Origin: Thermoplasmata archaeon
Lineage (GTDB): Archaea > Thermoplasmatota > Thermoplasmata > Lutacidiplasmatales > UBA184
Direction of reading: 5' to 3'
Length of the DNA: 58,679 bases
Assembly: GCA_030037395.1 (NCBI GenBank)
Contig: JASHRJ010000099.1
Location: 1 to 58,679, forward strand
The position numbers and the translations under genes were made by a program. The notes under the pieces were generated by a model that saw only the letters and a list, made by a program, of their open reading frames with translations, searched no databases and was not told the DNA's origin. Positions 51,825-58,679 of the stretch are shown piece after piece; position 1 is the stretch's first letter, and each line of letters opens with the position of its first letter.

Positions 51825-53429
51825 CTACGCCGGCGGAGGATCGGCGCCCGCGCCCCGCCTCGGTGCGCCGGCGCGGCTCGGATCGGCCGCGACGACCTCG
51901 GCGGCGAGCTGCCGTTGGAGCTCCGCGTACGCCCTCTCCAGTCGGGGCGACAGCTCGGTGACCTTCAGCTCGGTCGCCCGGCCGAACGCCGTTCGGGCCC
52001 CGTCCACGTCGTGGTTCTTGTAGCGCAGCCGGGCCAGGTAGAGCTGGGCGTCGGCCTCGTCGGCGGTCAGTCGCAGCGCGCGGGCGAGCTCGGCCGCCCG
52101 CCGGTACGCGGTCTCCGCCTCCTCCCATCGGCCCCGCTTCTCGGCGATCCGACCGCGGTTGAGGACGACCTGCTCGCAGCCCAGCTCGTCGGCGAGCCCT
52201 TGGAGCAGGCGCCCGGCCTGATCGTTGTCCCGGTCCGCCTCCTCCAGCTGGCCAAGCGCGACTCGCAGCTCGACCCCGGACAGGAGCGCCCGGCCGATCG
52301 AGCGGGGGTCATGCCCCTCGGCGGCCGCGTCGCGTGCCCGTTCCAGGAGCTCGAGCCCCTCCTCGGGCCGGCTCTCGCCGACCGCGCTGCCCAGGTTGTG
52401 GAGCGCCCGCGCGAGCTCCGCGCGGTTGCGGGTACCGCGCAGCCGTTCGACCGCGCGGCGGTACCACTCCACCGCCACCGGGCGCACGTCGTCCCCCAGC
52501 AGCGTGAACGCGTTGCCGATGTCGATCGAGAGCTGGCCAAGGGTCTCGGGGTCGGCGTCGCTCGGGAGCGCTGCCAGGGCGCGCATGGTCTCGTCCAGCG
52601 AGTCCCGGTACCTGCCGAGCTGAAAGGCCACGCGCCCAAGCAGGCGGTAGGCCTGGGCGGCGCCGTACGGATCCGGGTCGAGTTCGAACAGCTTGAGCGC
52701 CAGGTTCGCGCCGTCGACCGCCCCCGCGCTGTCGAGCCCCTCCCGGGCCACCTCCGCCCGCGCCAGCAGCAACCGGGCTCGGGTCCGGGGGCGCTCGTGC
52801 TCGGCGTCGTCGAGCGCCTCGCGGTAGTACCGGTCGGCCGCCCGGAAGGATCCGATGGAGAACGAGAGATCGCCGAGGGTCTCGGCGAGCCGCGCCCGCT
52901 CGGCCCGGTGGTGCCCGGGCAACGAGCCGAGATCGACCAGCGCCCGCTCCAGCGCCGGGATCGCGGAAGGCGGATCCGGTCCCTCCCGGGCGATATCGCC
53001 GGCCCGGCGGTTGTAGCCGTACGACCTCTCGGGGACCTTCCCTAGGAAGTAGTGCCGCCCGAGCTCGGCGACGACGGCCCCGGTCGGCTCGGGGTGCTGC
53101 TTCTCGAGCGCTCCGGCGATCTTGCGATGAAGGACCCGGAGCCGGCTCTCGGTCATCGACCGATAGACGGCCGCGCGGTCCTCCTCCTCGACGAAGACGA
53201 ATCGGCCGCCGCCGGGCCGCTCGCGCAGCAGTCCCAGGTCCACGAGACGCTCGAGCTGCTCGGCGAGGGTCTCCTCGTCGGCCCCCATCGCGTCGCGGAG
53301 GAGTCCGAAGGGGACCTCGGAGCCGATCGCGCTCGCGTAGGCCAGGATCCGCCGCAGCTCCGGTGCCAGCGTCAGCAGCAGCCCCCGGCCGCCGGTCCGC
53401 GGCGAACCGAGAGAGCCGGCGGCCGTCAT
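51825..53429 (-). CDS. Winged-helix + TPR protein, NTPase-less paralog of the downstream STAND gene
   Basis: 534 aa. The N-terminus (RRILAYASAIGSEVPFGLLRDAMGADEETLAEQLERLVDLGLLRE...VLHRKIAGALE) parallels residues of about 300-400 of the 796-aa protein, and TPR repeats follow. There is no P-loop. Confidence 0.8.
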   Translation of the reverse strand: MTAAGSLGSPRTGGRGLLLTLAPELRRILAYASAIGSEVPFGLLRDAMGADEETLAEQLERLVDLGLLRERPGGGRFVFVEEEDRAAVYRSMTESRLRVLHRKIAGALEKQHPEPTGAVVAELGRHYFLGKVPERSYGYNRRAGDIAREGPDPPSAIPALERALVDLGSLPGHHRAERARLAETLGDLSFSIGSFRAADRYYREALDDAEHERPRTRARLLLARAEVAREGLDSAGAVDGANLALKLFELDPDPYGAAQAYRLLGRVAFQLGRYRDSLDETMRALAALPSDADPETLGQLSIDIGNAFTLLGDDVRPVAVEWYRRAVERLRGTRNRAELARALHNLGSAVGESRPEEGLELLERARDAAAEGHDPRSIGRALLSGVELRVALGQLEEADRDNDQAGRLLQGLADELGCEQVVLNRGRIAEKRGRWEEAETAYRRAAELARALRLTADEADAQLYLARLRYKNHDVDGARTAFGRATELKVTELSPRLERAYAELQRQLAAEVVAADPSRAGAPRRGAGADPPPA

Positions 53430-53454
53430 GTCGGTCGTTCTAGCCCGCTTCAGG

Positions 53455-53461
53455 GATTAAG
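53455..53461 (-). promoter_or_regulatory. TATA-like box upstream of the TPR/STAND operon
   Basis: The minus strand reads CTTAATC. Its centre is about 29 nt upstream of the ATG at 53429. Confidence 0.35.
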
Positions 53462-53544
53462 ACCTCTCGAGCGCGGGAAGGGGCGGCGCCTTGCGGTCCT
53501 CGGGACCCGGAGCCGGGGGTTCGGCCGGGGCCCGCGGCGTAAGG

Positions 53545-53550
53545 GTTATC
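53545..53550 (+). promoter_or_regulatory. TATA-like box upstream of the small membrane protein gene
   Basis: GTTATC (within GTAAGGGTTATC), centred about 31 nt upstream of the ATG at 53578. Confidence 0.3.
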
Positions 53551-53577
53551 ACGCACCCCTCGGGTCGGCCGCCGTCG

Positions 53578-53841
53578 ATGGAAGGGCAGGCCGACCACGC
53601 GACCGGGACGACCGAGCCGAGCCGCGTGCGCGAGATGCCGCTCCCCCGCAAGGTGACGTTCTGGGGGTTCGCGGGGCTGGTGATGCTCGGCGTGGGGTTC
53701 TACCTGTGGTGGGGCCTCGCCTTCGGCGTCTGGATCGACAACGGCGTGTACGCCGTCACGATCACGCTCCTCCTGTTCGGCCTCGCCGGCATGTGGCTCG
53801 TGCTGCCGAACCCGCCGGCCCCGTCCGCTCCGCCCCGGTAA
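53578..53841 (+). CDS. Small membrane protein (2 TM helices)
   Basis: 87 aa from the ATG at 53578; an alternative ATG at 53635 gives 68 aa. Two hydrophobic helices are present (FWGFAGLVMLGVGFYLWWGLAF; VYAVTITLLLFGLAGMWLVL). GC3 is high. Confidence 0.5.
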   Translation: MEGQADHATGTTEPSRVREMPLPRKVTFWGFAGLVMLGVGFYLWWGLAFGVWIDNGVYAVTITLLLFGLAGMWLVLPNPPAPSAPPR

Positions 53842-53857
53842 CGGGGCGCCCGGCCCC

Positions 53858-55285
53858 CTACATCGGCTGTCCGGCGATCGCGAGGCGGACCCCTAGGGTC
53901 TTTCCGCAGGCCACGCAGCTCGCGGGCGCCACGACCGGGAACGGCAGCGGTCCCTCGGGCGTCCCGAGCAGTGCCCCGTCGATCGCCTGCTCGATCGCGT
54001 GCCCGCACGCCTCGGCTCCGCACCAGCCGACCAGCCGCACCTGGCGCGACCCGTGCAGGTCCGCCAGCGTCGCCGCCGGAGCAAACGACGCCGCGAGGGC
54101 GGCCTCGGCCCGCCGGGCAAGTTCCCGGTCGAAGGCGACCAGGCGCGCGGCAACGTCGGCCGCCAGGGTCGCCCGGCCCACGGGCTCCTTGCGCCCGAGC
54201 CGGTCGACGCTCGTCCAGCGGTCGGTCTCCAGCTCGCGCGCGCCGACCTCGATGCGCAGGGGCACGCCGGCGAGCTCCCATCGGTAGTACTTCGCCCCGG
54301 GTCGCTCCTCCCCCGCGTCCAGGACGACCCGGCGACCGGCCGCCTTCAGGGTCTCCGCGACGTGCTGTGCCGCCGCACCCACCTTCTCCGCGGCGGCCGC
54401 GGTCGTTACCGGGACCACGACCACCTCGTACGGCGCGGCCTCGGTCGGGAAGACCACCCCCTTGGCGTCGCCGTGGACCCCCACGATCGCCCCGAGCAGC
54501 CGCTCGGACAGGCCGAACGTTGTCTGGTGGACGACGCGCACGGAGCCGTCCGGGGCCTCGTACCGAATCCCGTACGGGACCGCAAAGTTGTCGCGGTAGT
54601 GGTGGACGCTGCCGACCTGCAGCGTGCGCGCCCCGGCCAGCGGCAGGTCGAAGGCGATCGAGTAGTGCGCCCCCGCGAACTTGTCCCACTCCGGCCGCCG
54701 CACCGCGATGTACGGCAGGGCGAACGCCGCGGCCATCCGCCGGAACGCCTCCAGGTTGGAGGCGACCCGCTCCGTCGCCCGCGCCTCGTCGGCCTGGCAG
54801 GTGTGCTCCTCGAAGAAGTGGATCTCCCGGACCCGGACGAACGGCCGCGTGGTCTTGGTCTCGTAGCGGAACGTGTTGACGATCTGGTAGACGTTCAGCG
54901 GGAGGTCCCGGTGCGAGCGGACCCACAGCGCGAAGATCGGGTAGATCGCCGTCTCGCTCGTGGGGCGCAGCACGAGGGGGACGTCGAGCTCGGAAAGGCC
55001 CCCCCGGGTCACCCAGAACACCTGGGCGTCGAACCCCTTGATGTGCTCCTTCTCCTTGGCGAACTCGGTCGCCGGGATCAGCGCGGGGAACTCGACGGCC
55101 TCCGAGCCGGTCGCCTCGATCTCGCGGACCAGGACCCGATCGAGGTTCCGGCGCGCCTTCAGCCCGTACGGCGTCCAGACGTTCATCCCCTTAACGCCGT
55201 AGCGCTTGTCGGAGAGGTTCGCCGCCTCGACCACGGCGAGGTACCACTCCACGAACGACGCGCTCTTGTCCGGCAGCTCGACCAT
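53858..55285 (-). CDS. proS: Prolyl-tRNA synthetase (archaeal/eukaryotic type with C-terminal Zn-binding domain)
   Basis: 475 aa. Contains class II motifs (NTFRYETKTTRPFVRVREI, GARTLQVGSVHHY), an anticodon-binding domain, and C-terminal Cys residues (CGAEACGH...CVACGK). Confidence 0.95.
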   Translation of the reverse strand: MVELPDKSASFVEWYLAVVEAANLSDKRYGVKGMNVWTPYGLKARRNLDRVLVREIEATGSEAVEFPALIPATEFAKEKEHIKGFDAQVFWVTRGGLSELDVPLVLRPTSETAIYPIFALWVRSHRDLPLNVYQIVNTFRYETKTTRPFVRVREIHFFEEHTCQADEARATERVASNLEAFRRMAAAFALPYIAVRRPEWDKFAGAHYSIAFDLPLAGARTLQVGSVHHYRDNFAVPYGIRYEAPDGSVRVVHQTTFGLSERLLGAIVGVHGDAKGVVFPTEAAPYEVVVVPVTTAAAAEKVGAAAQHVAETLKAAGRRVVLDAGEERPGAKYYRWELAGVPLRIEVGARELETDRWTSVDRLGRKEPVGRATLAADVAARLVAFDRELARRAEAALAASFAPAATLADLHGSRQVRLVGWCGAEACGHAIEQAIDGALLGTPEGPLPFPVVAPASCVACGKTLGVRLAIAGQPM

Positions 55286-55311
55286 CGGGACGGCGAACGG
55301 GCGCCGGGAGG

Positions 55312-55316
55312 TATAT
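55312..55316 (-). promoter_or_regulatory. TATA box upstream of proS
   Basis: The minus strand reads CATATAC with core ATATA. Its centre is about 29 nt upstream of the ATG at 55285. Confidence 0.4.
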
Positions 55317-55404
55317 GAGCCCGGGGGCGAGCGGCCCCCCGCGCCGGGGTCCGCCGCCGCCGACCCGCCGGGGTCGCCGTGCCGGGCGGCCGGAAAACCT
55401 AAGC

Positions 55405-55411
55405 CATTAAG
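55405..55411 (+). promoter_or_regulatory. TATA-like box upstream of the DUF373 gene
   Basis: CATTAAG, centred about 31 nt upstream of the ATG at 55439. Confidence 0.3.
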
Positions 55412-55438
55412 CGGGCGGCCGGCTCTAGGACTCGGGCC

Positions 55439-56527
55439 ATGCGCCTGGTCGTCTGCGTCGACCGCGACGACGACCTCGGCCGCAAAGCCCAGATCGACGG
55501 CCCGATCGTGGGCCGGGCCGACGTCGTCGACGCGGCGGTTCGGCTCGGGACCGCCGATCCCGAGGACTCCGACACGAACGCCCTGTTCGCGGCCGTGTCG
55601 CTGTTGGACGAGCTGCGGGCCGGGGGAGAGCCGTGCGAGGTGTGCGTGCTCACCGGGGCGGCGAAGGTCGGGATCGCCTCGGACCGCCGTGTCGCCGAAC
55701 AGTTCGACCAGGTCCTCGAGCGGGTCCGCGCGAGCTCCGCCTACCTCGTCAGCGACGGGGCGGAGGACGAGTACCTGTTCCCGATCCTCGCGTCCCGCGT
55801 GCGGATCGACGGCGTCCGGCGGGTCTACATCCGCCAGAGCCCGAGCCTCGAATCGACCTACTACACCCTGGTCCGAGCCCTGAAGGACCCGAAGCTGCGG
55901 GCCAAGACGATCCTGCCGTTCGCCTTCGTGCTGTTGATCCTCGGCTTCGCGGCCGCCGGCGGCGTGCTGCTCTGGGGCGTCATCGGGCTCGCGATCGTGC
56001 TCGGCGTCTACCTCATCTTCTGGACGTTCGACATTGACGAGACGCTGATCGACGCCGTCCGCAGCGCCTCGGCTGACACCCGCCAGGGGTCGGTCGCCTT
56101 TGGGTTCGGCCTGTTCGCCGTCGCGCTCGTGGGGGTCGGCTTCCTGACCGGCTACAATCAGTACACCGGCAACGGGGGGGTGCCCGCGTTCGACCGCGTC
56201 CTCCTGTTCCTACAGGCCGGCCTGCTCTGGTGGGTCCTCGGGGCGTTGGTCTGGGAGAGCGGCCGGGCGCTGCGCCGCATGTTCTCCCGGGGGCGGTTCC
56301 CCCGCTCGTTCGTCGTGGCGACGACGAGCGTCGCCGGGATCGGGCTGGTCAGTTACGGGATCGTGTTCCTCGTGCGCTACCTCCAGCACCTGACCCCGGT
56401 GGCCCAGGTGCCGTTCCTTGCCGGGCTGCTCGTCACCGGGCTCGGGCTCGTGATCGGCGCCGGGATGATCCAGCAGCACTTCCGGGCGGTCGCCCGGCGA
56501 GATATCCCGCCCGCGCCGAGCAGCTAG
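55439..56527 (+). CDS. DUF373-family archaeal membrane protein
   Basis: 362 aa. It has a soluble N-terminal domain (MRLVVCVDRDDDLGRKAQIDGPIVGR..., as I recall for DUF373), then about 6 TM helices. Confidence 0.8.
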   Translation: MRLVVCVDRDDDLGRKAQIDGPIVGRADVVDAAVRLGTADPEDSDTNALFAAVSLLDELRAGGEPCEVCVLTGAAKVGIASDRRVAEQFDQVLERVRASSAYLVSDGAEDEYLFPILASRVRIDGVRRVYIRQSPSLESTYYTLVRALKDPKLRAKTILPFAFVLLILGFAAAGGVLLWGVIGLAIVLGVYLIFWTFDIDETLIDAVRSASADTRQGSVAFGFGLFAVALVGVGFLTGYNQYTGNGGVPAFDRVLLFLQAGLLWWVLGALVWESGRALRRMFSRGRFPRSFVVATTSVAGIGLVSYGIVFLVRYLQHLTPVAQVPFLAGLLVTGLGLVIGAGMIQQHFRAVARRDIPPAPSS

Positions 56528-57132
56528 GCGTCTCCGGGCCGGACCCGGCGGAGATCGGCGACCGGGACGTCCAGGCCGCACCGGTCGCGCAACGTATCGC
56601 GGATCCCCTCCAGACCGGAGGCGACCGCCGCCGCGCGCTCCGCGAGGGAGGCAAGGTCCTCCCAGTAGTTCCACGGGAAGACGACCCAGACCCACGCCCC
56701 CCGGGGGATCTCCTCGGCGAAATACGTCGGCACGAAGCGGGCATGGCCGATGTGCAGGAACGCCGCGGTCTCGACCGAGCGGGGCCGCGCCGCGGCCACG
56801 TGCTCGCGCGCGAGGGCGAGGCTCTCGCCGGTGTCGGTAATGTCGTCGACGACGAGGACCGACTCCCCCTCGACGGGTCCGGAGAGGCCCTCCGTCAGCC
56901 GGGCCTGTCCGTCCCGCGCGGCGGTCACCCCCCAGTGCTGGGCGCGCAGCGACAGCAGCCGACGGACGCCGAGGCGGTCGCCCAGAAGCCGGGCCGGCAC
57001 CCACCCCCCGCGCGTCAGCCCGACGATCGCCTCGGGGGTCCGGCCCGCGTCCCGGATCCGGGCGGCGAGCGTGTCCGCCCAGCGCTCGACCTCGGCCCAG
57101 TCGGCCCGCCGGCACCTCGGCAGGTCGGCCAT
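56524..57132 (-). CDS. Purine phosphoribosyltransferase (Gpt/Hpt-like, type I PRTase)
   Basis: 202 aa. Contains the PRPP-binding motif VLVVDDITDTGESL, and the N-terminal region IVGLTRGGWVPARLL. Confidence 0.85.
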   Translation of the reverse strand: MADLPRCRRADWAEVERWADTLAARIRDAGRTPEAIVGLTRGGWVPARLLGDRLGVRRLLSLRAQHWGVTAARDGQARLTEGLSGPVEGESVLVVDDITDTGESLALAREHVAAARPRSVETAAFLHIGHARFVPTYFAEEIPRGAWVWVVFPWNYWEDLASLAERAAAVASGLEGIRDTLRDRCGLDVPVADLRRVRPGDA

Positions 57133-57151
57133 CGGGGACCGGCCGCCCGGC

Positions 57152-58420
57152 CTACGGGTAGATTCCGCGGGTCTTCATCGCGTCGACGACCCGCTGGATC
57201 GCGAGCACGTAGGCCGCGGACCGGTTGTGGACCTTCTTGTCCACGGCGACCTTGCGGACATCGGAGTACGAACGGACCATGACGCGCTCGAGGCGCTGGT
57301 TGACCTCCTCCAGCGACCAGAAGAACCCCTGGATATCCTGCGCCCACTCGAAGTAGCTGACCGTGACGCCGCCCGCGTTGGCGAGGATGTCCGGAAGCAC
57401 CGTGACCTTCTTCTGGAACAGCGCGGTGTCGGCCTCCGGGAGCGTCGGGCCGTTGGCGGCCTCGGCGACCATCTTCGCCTGGATCCGGTCCGCGTTCTTA
57501 CCGGTGATCTGGTTCTCGAGCGCCGCCGGGATCAGGATGTCCGCCTTGGTCTCGAGGATCTCCTCGTTCGAGATCGCCTTGGCCCCGGGAAAACCGACGA
57601 CCGAGCCGGTCTTCCGCTTGTGCTCTTCGACCGTGTGCGGGTTCAGCCCCTCGGGCTTGACGATCCCGCCCTTCGAGTCGGAGATCGCGACGATCGTCGC
57701 CCCCTGCTCGTCGTGCAGCAGGTTCGCGGCCACGCTCCCGGCGTTCCCGAACCCCTGGACCGCCACCGTGCCGCCCTTCACCCGCACGCCGGCGTCCTTC
57801 GCCGCCTCGCGGATGACGTAGGCGCACCCCCGACCGGTCGCTTCGCCGCGGCCCTCGCTGCCGCCAAGGGCGATCGGCTTGCCGGTGACGACCCCCGGGA
57901 CCGAGTAGCCCTTCTGCATCGAGTAGGTGTCCATGATCCAGCTCATCGTCTGGCTGTCGGTGTAGACGTCCGGCGCCGGGATGTCGATCTCCGGGCCAAT
58001 GAACGAGGCGATCTCGCTCGCGTAGCGGCGGGTGAGGCGCTCGAGCTCCCCGATCTTGAGCGTCTTCGGATCGCAGACGACCCCACCCTTCGCGCCGCCG
58101 TACGGGATGTTGACGACGGCGCACTTCCAGGTCATCCAGGCCGCGAGGGCCCGGACCTCGTCCAGGGTCACCTGCGGGTGGTAGCGGATCCCGCCCTTGG
58201 TCGGACCGCGGGCCATGTTGTACTGGACCCGGTGGCCGGTGAAGACCCGGTAGGAACCGTCGTCCATCCGCACCGGGAAGTTCACGGTGAGCTCGCGCTT
58301 CGGGTGCTTGAGCAGCTCGCGCACGCCTCCGTTGATGCCGATGAGGTCGGCGACGATATCGATCTGGCGGCGGGCGGTATCGAACGGGTTCACGGAAGGA
58401 CCGGCGCGCTCCATCGTCAT
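57152..58420 (-). CDS. gdhA: Glutamate dehydrogenase
   Basis: 422 aa from the ATG at 58420 (MTMERAGPSVNPFD...). Contains GPTKGGIRYHP, the catalytic-Lys region PYGGAKGG, and the Rossmann motif VAVQGFGNAGS. Confidence 0.95.
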   Translation of the reverse strand: MTMERAGPSVNPFDTARRQIDIVADLIGINGGVRELLKHPKRELTVNFPVRMDDGSYRVFTGHRVQYNMARGPTKGGIRYHPQVTLDEVRALAAWMTWKCAVVNIPYGGAKGGVVCDPKTLKIGELERLTRRYASEIASFIGPEIDIPAPDVYTDSQTMSWIMDTYSMQKGYSVPGVVTGKPIALGGSEGRGEATGRGCAYVIREAAKDAGVRVKGGTVAVQGFGNAGSVAANLLHDEQGATIVAISDSKGGIVKPEGLNPHTVEEHKRKTGSVVGFPGAKAISNEEILETKADILIPAALENQITGKNADRIQAKMVAEAANGPTLPEADTALFQKKVTVLPDILANAGGVTVSYFEWAQDIQGFFWSLEEVNQRLERVMVRSYSDVRKVAVDKKVHNRSAAYVLAIQRVVDAMKTRGIYP

Positions 58421-58449
58421 CCCTCGGACAGGCCGGCAGCCGGCCGGGG

Positions 58450-58679
58450 CTACTTGAACGTGGCGTGAGCCCTGCGATACCCCGGCACGGGGCGGCGGGA
58501 GAGGCCTTCGGCGGCGACGCCGAACGGGTCCCATCCGGCCCTCGGCATCGGTCGGCGGCCCGCCGCGGCGGCGAGGACCGCCCCTCGGCCGGGCTCGACG
58601 TGGCCCACCGCGGTGAGCCGACCGCCGACGGACCGCACCGCCCGCACCGCCGCCGCCAGCCGGCCCGGCGGCACCGCGG
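58450..58679 (-). CDS. Possible 3' end of a gene extending beyond the window (hypothetical)
   Basis: The minus-strand frame is open to the window edge and ends with TAG at 58450, 29 nt upstream of gdhA. GC3 is high by eye (...LTAVGHVEPGRGAVLAAAAG...). No family was recognised. Confidence 0.3.
   Translation of the reverse strand, partial: AVPPGRLAAAVRAVRSVGGRLTAVGHVEPGRGAVLAAAAGRRPMPRAGWDPFGVAAEGLSRRPVPGYRRAHATFK

Noticed and set aside
1-58679. CRISPR arrays, IS elements, integrases, prophage or plasmid genes, toxin-antitoxin pairs, rRNA
   Set aside because: By eye I saw no regularly spaced direct repeats, no transposase/integrase/recombinase-like translations, and no compositional break apart from the 60-bp AT island at 25.2 kb. 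The window looks like core chromosome. A computational repeat scan would be needed for certainty.

Overview
Very GC-rich archaeal chromosomal segment (about 70% GC by eye, not computed). It is tightly packed: about 59 protein-coding genes and 2 tRNA genes. I found no CRISPR array, transposase, integrase or rRNA. Archaeal hallmark genes include Alba, TFS, RNAP subunit L/Rpo11, ribosomal protein S15, archaeosine synthase ArcS, a single-OB SSB with an RGG tail, KptA, a Hef-type helicase, DUF373, archaeal-type ProRS/TrpRS and AsnRS. Together with a bacterial-type gyrase A and a TrxR-like flavoprotein lacking the NADPH motif, this suggests a Thermoplasmatota-like euryarchaeon (inference only). The rest is housekeeping metabolism: folP, carAB, purD, gdhA, aspA, dut, ALDH, an aminotransferase, and quinone genes ubiA/ubiD/ubiE. 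Because of the GC content, the ORF track is full of long Arg/Pro/Gly-rich shadow ORFs. I chose genes by recognisable protein families, high GC3 and start-codon context. The most interesting region is a phosphate/polyphosphate island (about 19.6-25.2 kb): CHAD, divergent ppx, two translationally coupled thymidylate-kinase-like paralogs, SixA, PhoU and an AT-rich control region. One paralog has a canonical P-loop and the other a degenerate one. I interpret the pair as a candidate heteromeric Tmk-fold polyphosphate kinase (PPK3-like). Secondary observations: an orphan SPPY (m4C-type) methyltransferase start/stop-coupled to the CHAD gene; a STAND ATPase-TPR gene plus an NTPase-less paralog in one operon with ubiE and an aminotransferase; a window-wide TATA box at about -25 to -32 from start codons (leaderless mRNAs); an exceptional structured 5' leader on ssb; a 35-codon uORF coupled to arcS; a tRNA-Val 8 nt downstream of arcS; three convergent gene pairs sharing a palindromic CTAG double stop; and an S15-RecJ-like-gyrA-Zn-ribbon overlapping operon without gyrB. 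All coordinates and distances are hand-counted, and no database searches were run.
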